Below, in pieces: positions 48,501-60,219 of a stretch of DNA of 64,000 nucleotides (position 1 is the first letter of the stretch; every line of letters starts with the position of its first letter). The notes under the pieces were generated by a model. That model had not been told where the DNA came from and searched no databases. It saw only the letters and a list, made by a program, of their open reading frames with translations. This DNA comes from Neophaeotheca triangularis (lineage: Eukaryota): NCBI GenBank assembly GCA_054600435.1, contig BAAIJX010000067.1, positions 1 through 64,000 on the forward strand, given 5' to 3'. The translations under genes and the position numbers were made by a program.

Positions 48501-50995
48501 CACGCTTCGGCATCTGTGGATGCGAAATCCGCAACAGATGCCCCCGATCGACTGTTCCATCTGCACTTCTTGCGAAAGGCTCCTCCAGCAAGTGAACGCG
48601 CAAAGGAACATGATAACCATGCACCTTGCCCCTCAGCCTCCTCTTCAAAGCCTCTCCATCCACGACAGTCTCCGCACGCACCGTCTTGGGCGCAACCCAA
48701 AGCTCCGGAACGCCTCCACGCGCGTGATCAACTCCTGTGGCAACCTCCATACCCTCGCCAAGTATATCTTCGCAAGCTCTTGTCAACACCTCCTCAGCGG
48801 TCTCGGCGCCTTCCACGGGCTGGCTCGGGATGGGGACTTTCAGCGAAGTGTCGGGCGGCGGGCATTGTGCTTCCCAATGCGTGCGACGCACATCTGCGAC
48901 AAAGTCGACGGAAAGTTCGGGGAGTGCGAGGCGGTCGGCGAGGTTGATGCGCAGTATCTTGTTGTTATTGGTAGGTATGCCGCCCTCCATGTACACGATG
49001 AGCATTGGTATTTTGGCAGCAGCAAGATAAGGACGGAGGGAGTCTTGGAGGTCTTTCAAAGAGGGTCGGAGGGCATTGCGCGGGGTCGTAATGGCCACGC
49101 CGACGACTTCTTGCAGTACGTCGTGCGGGACGCTAAAGGCTAGAGCTTTGTCGACACGGTCGTGGATGGGAGAGGATGGGACTTTGGCGGAAGTGACAAT
49201 GGCGTCTTCTACTTCAAATGGAGAGATCAGTTCGCCGCCGCGGTTGATCACTTCTTTGCTGCGTCCGGTGATGTATAGGTAGCCTTCAGTGTCAAGGTAG
49301 CCTAAATCACCCGTCTCAAACCACCCAGCGTTGTCTGCGGAGAAGCACGAAGTATCCAGCGAGTCGTCGGGCAGCAAATAGCCTTCGAAAACGGGCGATC
49401 CTCGAACGTGGATGCGGCCTGTAGTTTGGGGTGGTAGGGAATTGGAGTTGGAATCCAGGATGCTGATTTCGGGTCCAACACTGCAGCCCGAGGTTCCGGG
49501 CTTCGACATGTTGTAGTCGCGCGGCGGTGAAGAAATTGGCATGCATTCAGTCATGCCATAGGAGGGAAGGACGGGGCAGGAGAAGGTTGCGCGGAGCTGG
49601 TGTGCGAGAGATGGGAGAAGACCTCCGGCTGCGTTTGCGATGAGTCTGAGCTTTGTTCGGGGTGGAGTTGAGGATGAAGAGCGATCGTGGAGGGCGGTGA
49701 GGTACCCTTGATGCATGGAAGGAGAGGCGTAATACCTAAAGTCAAGAGGTGTCAGCTTCCAATGTCATGGTTCAACAGGCTGATCAAGAGTCGCCATTCG
49801 AATGCCACTTCGCAGTTGCCAAGCCTTACCATGTAGGCTCGTAAGTCTCAATACACTCCCAAAAGCCTTCCCCATCGAAGCCTGGACAACAGATGATGCT
49901 GCCACCAGTCACCACAGGCGAGAACAGATTGCGGACCAGTCCACCGGAGTGGTTCAATGGCATTTGATTTAAACACCTCATCCCCGAATCCAGACCCCAA
50001 GACGCAGCCACCATGCCAACACCCGACAGAAGCGAGTGTAAGCGAAGGGGAACAATCTTCTTCTTGCCAGAAGTTCCCGAAGTCGTCAAGAGAATCGCAG
50101 CATCGTCTGGCCCGTTGGGTTGATTGCGGGTAGTGCTTTGCGATACCAGACCGTTGGAGAGTGACTGCAACTCGGGAGTCATGGTCTGAGGAGACAGCTG
50201 CACCAATGTCACCCGGATACCACTTTCCTCCAACCATGGCTTGCGCAGGCCAAGGCGCTCGACATCTTCAGGAGAAGCCATGATGTGAGAGGCCCGTGAT
50301 GCCAGGACATCAGACTTGAATTGCTCTGCGCCGACGTTTTGGCCGTGAGCAAGCGGTGCCGCCGTGTAGTGAGTGGCGGTGCACAGCACTGTAAGGGCCA
50401 GTAGGAAGCCATTAGGTAGAGAGATGGCGACGACGGGTTTGCGAGTTTTGCGGGATTTATTGCGATGTTCGACGGTGAGAGAAGAACGGCGTCGAGCCGG
50501 GACAGTGGTTTGAACGGGTAAGGAAAAGTCGCGGATGCAGGCGTAAAGATTTCGATGGGAGAGGGTGTTGCCAGTTTCAGGGTCAATCAGTGCTGTTTCG
50601 TTCGAAGATGGATGGAGGACGTCCAGAATGGAATTGTAAGTCGCCTTGCATCTTTTCAGCGTTTGGCGGGCTAGTTGCGCCCCGGGGTGATTGCGTTCGA
50701 CTGTTCTCGCCTTGCTGGCCTCGGGTAATTGCTTCCAGAGCTCAGTGTAAGTCTGATGTACCTGTAGGACCGGCCATGGTAAGTCTCGCTTTCGCTCTAG
50801 AAGAGTGGAGAGGGCGTGTAGCGGAAGATGTGATGGCCTGTCGGGAGAACGTGGTATGGACGCTAAAAGTCTAGCGGGATCATCCTGGAAGTTGATGTTT
50901 ACCAGAAAGGCGTCGAGCTTGTGTTGTTCATCAGAGCTCAGCAGACTCGAGTCTTGATGTTGAACATGGCTGCTGCTGGTAGCCATGTCACTCAT
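45550..50995 (-). CDS. Pls/PosA-type membrane-bound single-module NRPS, ~1783 aa (A-T-three TM/hexapeptide-repeat units); candidate poly(malic acid) synthetase-like enzyme (intron 49736-49829)
   Basis: A-domain motifs TTSGTSGKKK, YGMTE, FETGDLG, GRSKEVINRGGE. Carrier motif FFELGGDSL (Ser codon ~48379-48381). Three repeats of hydrophobic helices plus R(L/M/A)(L/M)GA(S/K)(I/V)G...DL...G beta-helix units, ending GWPA. Confidence 0.9.
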
Positions 50996-52564
50996 GCCGT
51001 GATGGTCAATGAGATGCGATTAGGTGTATATGACAAGAAGAAGTATTCACAAGGCGTGTGTAAGTATGGTGGCGAAAACAGCAACACCCGAAAAGTCAAA
51101 AGGCCGCCCAAAGCCCGGAAGAGGCAACCGAGAGAGGCCAGAGAGTGAGAAGGCCGACTTGGTGATGGTGATCAAGCAGTAGGAAAAGACGGTAATGGGT
51201 TGAGCTTGCGAGCCGATTGTCGGGGTGTATACGGACAAAGAAAAGACCGAACTCCCAAGGTATGCAATGCAATGCGAAAGGTGGGCTAAAAGAGAAGCAA
51301 AGCCGGTGGTGGTGGTGGTAGTGGTAGCAGTAGTGAGGGGGAGGATGATGAAGGATCGGGAAGTGCGTGCGCTTGTGACCAAACAAGGACAGGCGCTAGG
51401 TCGTGAATTAATTGAGATCCGAGCGGGGACGGGGGAGGGCGAGAGAAAGAGAGAGAGAGGCAGAAAGGCGGGACAGGCACTAAGGAAGATAATAACTAGC
51501 AATAATTAGCTTAGGAGAGAAATGATGTGAGAGACAGAGCAGTAGTAGTAGTGAGAGAGGAAATATTATTGAGTCCGGGCGGCGAGGGTCCGCGGCGGCG
51601 AAATCTAGTTTAGATAGGGTAGGGTAGGTTAGGTAGGATGACCGATGTGGTGGTTAAAAGGGGCCGATAATGGCTTGGGAGGGAATGAGAGTTTTGCTCG
51701 TCCTGAGTAGTATCTATCTCGTACTGACCGTCCGGGTATCTAGTAGTAGTTAGTATCTACGACAGGACTATTGAATAATCCCAAGGAGGCGGCGAAAAAT
51801 GTGGCCGACACTCGTGATAGGCGTGTGTTGTTATTATTATTGTTGTTGTTGTTTAGTTGGTCTCGTCTGCCGTCCCTAGACCGGTGCCGCATCATTAGGT
51901 TGGTATCCTTTCAATAAGCATTTAGCAGTAGCGGCGTTTTGCCGTAGTGCCATGTCTCCTCGAGGGGAAGGACACCTACCACCACAACAGAGTCTGGGGC
52001 AAAAGAAGGGAGAGGGAGGGAAAAAAAAAGAGAGTTGGAACGGGGTGGATTAGGCTGTAGGCTGTCCGCCTCTAACAAGATCGGCAACGCTTAGCTCAGC
52101 CACGCTTCTCCTTGCAACGACTTGGCCGTGTGAGCTTGACCCAAGCCACGGTGGGATGGTGGGTGAGGAAGCACTAGTCTCTAGGCAGGTGTGATAACAA
52201 CGTGACCTTTAGGCGAGGCGGAGGTGAGAAGCGACGGGTAGGTGGTGTGAAGAAAAGCTGTGAGAGGTCGGTTGCGAGCTTTGCTCGGCTTGGCTCCAAA
52301 AGTAGACTTTGTTCATGCAGGGGTACCACGACTTGCACGACTTGAGCGAAAGGAGACGGGACCTCCGACGCTAATGAGGCGGAGATGGTGTATGAATTAG
52401 GCCGCTGAGGATTGGCTGCATGTCCTTGGTTGGAGGAGTGTAGGAATTCTTTCCCTCTTTATTATTATTCATGACATCCGAGCTTGCCGACTACCTAGGT
52501 ACCTACCTACTACGTACTGTATGGTGGAGTGTGGCGGGCTTTGTGATTGATGGCATTTCCATAC

Positions 52565-52931
52565 CACAGCCACAGCCACCTCGTCTCGTGACCTTATTAG
52601 AGCGCTGCGAGCGATATCCATGTCAATAACCATCACAGCCACATGGCAAACATCCAAGGGTGATGAAGCCTGCTATGTACCTAGCAAGGAATTTGCTATG
52701 ACAACGACGAATTAAGGTTGCCCGCGAGTACCCCTCACTACTGCCGTCACTACCCTCAGCGTGAGATGAGGTAAGGTAGGTACGTTACCTGTAGCTACCA
52801 CCAGACAGAACGGGATTCGGTGGGACATGGCCAAGCATTCTCCCACCGGTGCCTCCCTGATTCCAAGCTTTTCTTTTCTTCTGGGGTTCACCGTTCGCAG
52901 CAGCAGCAGCGGCAGAACTGTGCTTGCCAAG
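52565..52931. promoter_or_regulatory. Crz1-type CACAGCC x3 and PacC-type GCCAAG x2 in the divergent promoter of the NRPS and hydrolase
   Basis: CACAGCC at 52565, 52571, 52634; GCCAAG at 52830, 52926. Motif match only. Confidence 0.4.
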
Positions 52932-53538
52932 AGAGTCACCACCTTAACTGTCATAGCCAAATCTAAACGCGAATCTACCTGGGCAAGCTGGGCTAGGTAT
53001 TATCTATCTTGTTGACTACGCAACGACCACGACCACGACCACGACCACGACACACGCACGCACGCACGACTTCTTGTTGTCCATCATTTCCCCTATCAAT
53101 TCTAGATGCGTTAATAAGCGGTTATCGCAATTTACCGCCACCTCCCGGACCACGTCTCAGGCACCTCAAGTCGTCTACCTCCTACCCTACCCTTTCTCGC
53201 CCTTTCTTCGGCTATTCTTTCATCACACGGGAAGCCCTTCCATTCTGTTCGATACCGCCCCCTCACTACCACCACCAAGTTACAACCACCACCACCACCA
53301 CCCCTCGGTTTCATCTTGCAGCGCCGGACATGTTGTGAGACAGGCTACATTCGGACCCTTTGACGTCCGGATACTGGAAGCATACCCTCGAGTTCGACAC
53401 TATCGACATTATTCCCTAGACTTGTCAAACCCACGTATACTGTCTTCGGCTTGCCGTCTACTACTATACACTTGCGTTGAGCAAGCCTGACTCCTTATAC
53501 CCCACAATCCAGTAACCCAAGTCTTCCACCACCTTAGA

Positions 53539-54909
53539 ATGTGGACATCTTCCCTGGCCTTGCCCGTGGCCGTCATCTTATTATTAACCATCTTCACCTC
53601 CCCACTGGCCGCACAACAACACGAGGGCGAACAAATACCCAATAGCTTACCCCCGATAGGAGGCGCTGAACTCACCTATTTCCGAATCAAGAACCCTCGC
53701 TATGATCCCTCAAATCATGCCACGGGCGAGGAATTCTACACCGCCACCAACTACGCCAACCTCCGCTCCGACGGCAGACGCCATGACCCCTCGGATATCC
53801 GTCGCGCCGTCATAGTCGTTCATGGCAAACATCGCGACCCGGAGACATACGAGACAAATATGCTCCACGGTCTGTCCAAAGTCAGCGAAAACGACGGCCA
53901 AGATATTTCTACCGACAATGTAGCAGTCGTCTCTCCCCTCTTCGCCAACGGTCATGATCGCCGTCGCGCCTATCCATGGAAACACCGCAAATCCCTCTCC
54001 TCCGCTCTTGTCTGGACAGCAACACAATGGTCTGCCGGTGCCGACACCCACTGGCCACGCAACTCCTCCATCTCCTCGTACGAAGTTTTGGACCAGATGG
54101 TCGCCTACTTCGACAACTCCACTCTCTTCCCCAACCTCCAACAAATAGTCGTCTCCGGCCACAGCCTCGGCGCCCAAGCCGTCCAACGCTACGCAGCCCT
54201 CACCACCCAAAATACCACCCGTCCCGTCAGCTACTGGGTCGCCAACCCAAACTCCTACATCTGGTTCTCAGACACTCGCCCCCTCCCTATCGCAGACTGC
54301 CCCGAATATAACGACTACCGTGCGGGCTACGCAAACTTCGAAAGCTACCCCATGACCTACGGCTCCCATCTCGTCTCACAAGGCGTCGAAGCCATCTACG
54401 CCAACTACCAATCCAAAGCCATTGCCTACGGCCGCGCCATCCGCGACTTCGGCGACAAATCCTCCTCGTGTGCCGCCACCACCAGCGGCAAAAATCGTGG
54501 CGAGCGTTTCCACAACTTCATCGCCGCTTTCCCACCCTCTTGCTCCAACTCCACCGACCCTTCCCTCCCCCACGACGACACTTTCCCCCCTCACGACTGC
54601 GACACCATCGACCTCGTCAACACTGGCCACAATTCCGCCTACATGATGGCCTCGGGCGCCGGCCGCCAGCGCCTCTTCCTCGATAACTGGGAAGGTGACG
54701 GCAGCCGCGCTTTTGACATTGGGTATCCGCGTGTCGTGCCTGCCGGTGGCGATGACCCTTTCCCTGACCCCTCTAAGCGGGCTGAAGCCGAGGAGTTGGG
54801 GCGCAAGGCGAGAGAGCAGGGTGCGAAAGTGCAGATTGGGCCTAGTCGTGAGAAGGGCGTTATGGGTGGGTGGTGGGAGTGGATTATAGAGATTCTTAGG
54901 GGGACTTAA
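53539..54909 (+). CDS. Secreted alpha/beta-fold serine hydrolase (esterase-like), 456 aa, intronless
   Basis: Signal peptide MWTSSLALPVAVILLLTIFTSPLAA, oxyanion-type VIVVHG, nucleophile elbow SGHSLGAQ (Ser codon 54163-54165), VANPNSY, candidate Asp in RDFGD and His in TGHNS. Confidence 0.88.
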   Translation: MWTSSLALPVAVILLLTIFTSPLAAQQHEGEQIPNSLPPIGGAELTYFRIKNPRYDPSNHATGEEFYTATNYANLRSDGRRHDPSDIRRAVIVVHGKHRDPETYETNMLHGLSKVSENDGQDISTDNVAVVSPLFANGHDRRRAYPWKHRKSLSSALVWTATQWSAGADTHWPRNSSISSYEVLDQMVAYFDNSTLFPNLQQIVVSGHSLGAQAVQRYAALTTQNTTRPVSYWVANPNSYIWFSDTRPLPIADCPEYNDYRAGYANFESYPMTYGSHLVSQGVEAIYANYQSKAIAYGRAIRDFGDKSSSCAATTSGKNRGERFHNFIAAFPPSCSNSTDPSLPHDDTFPPHDCDTIDLVNTGHNSAYMMASGAGRQRLFLDNWEGDGSRAFDIGYPRVVPAGGDDPFPDPSKRAEAEELGRKAREQGAKVQIGPSREKGVMGGWWEWIIEILRGT

Positions 54910-56311
54910 GAAGAGGGTTTTCAATGTATTCGTGCTGGGGGCGTGGAGATGCGGTGCTATCTGGGCTCTTTCGAATAGGAGCCTGGAAGCCTGCATACGA
55001 CGGGCGGGAAAGAGTTTGTGCGGGTTTCCCGACCTTTTCTGGAACTGCTCGTTGACGCGACTGTCACGCTCCCTCTTTTACCCGACGCCCAGCTCTGCTC
55101 CTCTCTTCTTCTCCGCTTCGACCGAGTCTTCAAAAGTCAAGCGCCCGGGGACCACACATTCCCCGCTACTACTAAGAAGCCGAGTCTCACTAGACCCTGT
55201 TTAAAGAGCCCGTTTCCCTTGACGGAGTTCCAGCCAGCGCGTCTCAACCGCCGCGGCTTAGTCGGGTCGACCGGGCCATTTCCCAATCACTAACGGTAAA
55301 AACTTCGCACCGTCTTCTCGGCCCCCTGGAATTACAAATGGCGAGCGAAAGGAAAGGAAGGACGGATCTGAGAGCAAAGCTGCTTCAGCTCCCTTTTAAG
55401 TTCATCCAGCCAACTAGTCACCGCATACCCACGTCAGCGGTATCCGCTTTGCTCTGTCCTCGGATCTGAGCTTGTGCTGAAGACACAATTTCCACCGCGA
55501 GCTCCACTCTTCTTGGCCCCCTACCTAGCTGTTCCCTTTGGCTCAGTAGCGGAATTTGGGGCATTCTGGGGGAGCTGGCCGGCTGGCTGGTGGATGTTTC
55601 GCTCGTCGTCTTGGGGATGGGAGGGGGTTGCTGTATTGCACTGCGTAAATATGTTATGGCATTGCACTGGGAAGTTGGAGATGGGGTTGAAGATTTGGTG
55701 TGTGGGCGGGTTGCCTGGGTAGCTTCATATCTTCGTGGTCTTTCTTTGGGCTTTGGCGTTGAGGTTGCGGGTTTGATTGGGTTGGATAGGGTTGGCTTGG
55801 ATTGGATTCAGTTGCAGCAGGTTGCATTGCATTCCCTGGACACTTCAGGCCGCTGCTGGCGCTCCTACTATGCTTTGCCACGGAGCGGGTGTTTGCGTTG
55901 TTATCTGTTCAGGGCTCAGAGGTCCACCCTTGAATAAGGATAGTTGGCTCGTCATGAAGATCTTGTATAACATCCCTACCCAGCCAGCCATCGACATCTC
56001 GCCATCAGAACCGAATAATCGGTTTCGGTACTCGAACTCCCTCACTCCCCTCTCTTCGTTCCCGCCCGCCTCGTTCAGACCCTTGCGCCGGGAGACCTAT
56101 ATACATAGTTAGGCCAAGGGGCTGCCATGAGGTATCGACACCCCCCGTCGTCTGTGAGACAGTGCAATAGCCTGGTGGTCGCCATTCCCTCGAGTTTCGG
56201 AGGTAAGAAGACGGGACTGGGAGATGTCGCTTTCGGGGATTAGATGGCTTGCCTTCATCGCGGGCGGAGGTGTGTATGCATGTCTCTCGACAGTCCGAGA
56301 CCAGAAAACCC

Positions 56312-56373
56312 CGCGCGCGCGCGCGCGTTTCTCTCCTCACGTTTGTATTCTTTCTCTCTCTCTCTCTCTCTCT
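56312..56373. repeat. (CG)8 tract followed closely by (TC)n
   Basis: CG x8 at 56312-56327 and a TC run at ~56353-56373. Confidence 0.85.
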
Positions 56374-56847
56374 CCCTACTCTCTCTCCCAACACACCTCA
56401 ACAATGCCAGATCACCTCGACATTCTAGATGGAAAGCAGGTACACGGGAATAAAGGAGGTTCTCGACGAATAACAAATATATTACTGTAGGTAAAAGGAC
56501 TTTTTCTCACCTAGGGATTCAATTATATAGGCGTGGTTTTTGACGTTCGGGGGTCTAAAGCTCGTGTTCTGTTTTTTGGTTGGGTGTCTACCACTTTGCG
56601 TGATCCGTGTAGTTGGTATGTATGGCCGTATCGTTTGTCTTTTATTTTTATTTTTATTTATCTTTTTTGGCTTCCCCCCGCGACGCAAACCCTTGCCCTA
56701 ATACGTGAACGCGCAGGTCGCTGCGATGGAATTTGTGTGTATGCGATTGGGTGGTTATTAGACTTTCCCATTACTGCCCGCTATGCCATGCATGTCGTTA
56801 TTATTATTGTCCCCCTAGGTACATTTGGCTTTAGGTACCTCGTTAAC

Positions 56848-56876
56848 AGGTAGGTAGGTAGGTAGGTAGGTAGGTA
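56848..56876. repeat. (AGGT)7 microsatellite
   Basis: Directly visible. Confidence 0.9.
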
Positions 56877-58289
56877 CATACTTTGTACTAACACTATGAC
56901 GACTACAAGTCTACCTTACACTTCGAACCGAGACTTCTACAAGTTAGCATGGCCAAGCAACGCGCATACGAGACGCTGGAGCTCAACAGTAGTTACAAAC
57001 CCTCTTGTCTTTTGTCTTTAGACCGAGACCTAGACCGGATACTACACGCTTGCCGCGTCCGTAATGCTCGGCAATGGGAAATGGAAACTCCTACCGTTCT
57101 CATGGCACCGTCGCGAGGGTGATGGGCTCTGGTGAGCTCTGGGTCTGAGATAAGGGGGTCTGGTTCGTGTCGTAGTGTTTTCTGCGACCGATGGTGTAGG
57201 GCTGGCGGCGTGGGGAGGTGTATGCATTTGATTTGTAGTCGCGGTCGTCAGATGTTCTGGGGGGATGGAATTCACAGACTGGATTAACAGCCCCCCCCCG
57301 GCGGATCCCCCTTGGTTCTTTTCAGTCCAGTCGACCGTTGTTCGTCCTGTCTAAGTGAGCATGACGACTGCGCGCGAGGTTGAAGACGGGGGGAAAGGTG
57401 CACCGTTGCTTCTCTTACGCGACAAGCCGTTGACCTTTGGCCGGGCGGGCGCGCATATGTCATGCTTGTGCAGTGAACTCCTTTGAGGGGGCAGACGTTT
57501 GCATTGGCTGTCAACTTTTGTCGCCACTAACACTGCGTATTCTGCTGACGGAGGGAGGCTCTACGGTGGCGGGGAATGCTTCTAGCTGTCTTGCATTGTT
57601 TGATCGCTGAAGGGTGTCGACTTCTCTTCCACGGCTTCTCGCTGAAGAACCTTCTCCACCCTATATATGCCACTCTGGACTGCATCGCTTTCTGAACAAT
57701 CGTCACTGATGCTGCTGGCCGCGCTGTGACTTATCACGGTGCCTACCTACCGATTCTATGCCCGAGACTATAGTTATGGCGCCGAGGTTTGATATTCGAC
57801 GAGCACTGAACTCATTGCGGACGCATCACGAAACGGTTTGGCACTTCTCTAAGATCTGAAAAGCTTACGCAAGACCAGGCTCAGAATCCACCACATCCCA
57901 ATGCAGCTTTAAGTTCATCAACAACGGGTACGCAAACTCGCATCTATGACTTCTTAAAGCTGAGTGTGAAGCAGGAGTCTCCGGTACACTAGATCGACAG
58001 GAAATACGCACCGAAAACAATGCCCATGTTATTCCCACGCAGGAAAGTGACAGCCCAAGTCAGCCAACGACTGACGCTGCATGTTTGCCTCGACAGTCGT
58101 ACTAGAGGGGAAGCTCACACTGTGATGCGGGTGTCCTGCCTGTAAAGAGCCCCCTTTCCCTCGCTCCCAAGTATTTACAATCCCCTCGCAACCGTGCAGA
58201 GCTAAATCTGCGGCCCATCGACCATACCTCCCTCACTCGAGCCTCAAGCATCTCTTGACGCAAGTGGCCCACAAGCTGTCGAGCCCAAC

Positions 58290-59743
58290 GATGAACTCGA
58301 AGTCTACGCCATCAACGACACCTTTTCTTCGCCAGGCGGCAGTGTCCTGGAAAGACCCAATTACCTGACCACGACGTCTGGCGCCCACAATCTCGTATAC
58401 GAGCGGGCCTCTTCTGCTGTTCTGGCTGGAGCCCTGCCGGCTCGCACCGTGAACGAAGGTTGGGGAGCCACAGTCGAGGACAAGACTTGCATGACCGAAG
58501 AGGCCAAGCGTGATCGATCATTCGACGGGAAGCTGTAGGTTGTAAAGGCGTCATGGCTTGTCCTATTAGCAGTCGTTCTATTACTGCTCATCATCGTCGG
58601 GGTGTTGTGCGGTGTCCTACTAACGCAATTGCCCAGCGGCTCCGACTCGTAGGAATCCAGTTGGTCTGTCCATGTCTCATGTCGTGCTAATGCGCTCTAG
58701 CTCCGACCGCACCTCTTCTGGACAATCCCCGGGCGTTTCGTGCTCGCCTTCAGCTGCTTTACCCTCGGCCTCGTCGCAGCTAGCGCCCTCGAGATTTGCT
58801 GCGCCGGAGTCCCCTCCCATCGCTACCGAGCAGAGTATGTCGAAAGCTTTGCTAGGCACTGGCCTCGCTCTAATCGACGCTCCGGGAGTGCCTGATCCCC
58901 TTCTCGCTATGCAGATGGGCAAATTGTAAAGCGGCGACTAGCCGGTGACCGCGTGAGACGACATTTCAGTCGTGGCTGACTATGGCGCCTCCAGGTACAC
59001 CCATTTCAGCAGTAGCCTACGATGGTTACGACAAGCGAGCTGTTCTTTTCGTTGACAACGAGCAGCGGATCCTGTAGTCGATGCTACCTGTGGCAGTCAG
59101 CGGTCTACCGTTGGGTCCATCCCTGAGTTCCCACCCGGGAGGCAGACGTTCCATCCTCGCTTGTCGAACAACAGCATGGCACTTACTGCGTGTTTCAACT
59201 TCGATCATGGGCCTAGATTCGTCTATGGTAATAGCGAGGGTTGGGTCCAAGAGCTGGTGTGGCTGGACTGGGAGGAGATTTGATCTAGGCAGCCGATCTT
59301 ATGGCAGTGATCTCAGCGCTGGCCTGGCTTGTCGGGCCACGATACCCGGAGCTGACGAGTCCGGTATCATCGTACTATCGCAACGCTACTGGTGGATACC
59401 TTCAAGAAAGACGGCGATTCGCCTCTGACAGTGTGCAAGCGAGCTGTTCAGAAAAGGTACTGGCGGCTCGATGTTAGCGTTGGAGCAGGTCCTAATCCTA
59501 CATTTATATCCAGCCGTTCCAGGTTTTACGGTGGCATTTAGCGACGTTGGAGGCGGCTGCGCGTTAGCAGTAGCATTGGACTCGGAAACCGGAGATTCGT
59601 TTCTGTGCTGGATAGATGACATCGTCCGTTTGGCGGGAACCAGGGTCATAGGGGCGCTTGCGGATGGCTATGAAGGTGGGACGATCGAGGTTGATCTTTC
59701 GAGCATAGGTATGGTGAGCAGACTCAGGGTCAGCTTTCGATAG
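58290..59743 (+). pseudogene. Decayed single-pass membrane protein, possibly with a fucose-lectin-like beta-propeller ectodomain
   Basis: Across stops and frameshifts: TM WLVLLAVVLLLLIIVGVLCGVLL (~58554-58622), Ser-rich linker, LLGTGLAL, then RFVYGNSEGWVQELVW (59215-59262). Confidence 0.4.
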
Positions 59744-60219
59744 TACAGTCTGTACAGAGCCTTTGCTGAAGCTGTCCAAAGGGCATGAGCACTAGGTAGT
59801 AGTATAGGTACTCTACATACCCACTCATATGCGTGTTTTTCGCTCGAGCTGATGATCATGCGACATGCCGTATGTCTTGCATGATGCATGAAGCTAATGC
59901 ATCTCCGGACCTCGATGGAGAAGCTTATACGGTACCTACAGCTGGTCTCTGATCTCACTGATCTTTGCCTCTGGCCTGCACCCGAGGACTAATAAGGTAA
60001 CAATGAGACCAGTCCGTCCTGAAGCTGTACTGTTCTATCTCCTAGTGCTAGCTCATATCTGGAAAACTGCTCTCCATCCATTCTCCCCGACTGCTCGGTC
60101 GACAACGGTTCTTGTCCCTTTTCTTTCAAGACACAAACCTTTCCAGGACACACACCCAGCCTGGCCAATCGAATCATTCAAACTTTTTCACCTTAGCCAC
60201 TCCGCAACTGATCATCGCT

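Noticed and set aside
31204..54909. One large secondary-metabolite cluster joining the P450 and the NRPS
   Set aside because: They are separated by housekeeping MIC10 and URB2 and more than 12 kb; there is no evidence of linkage.
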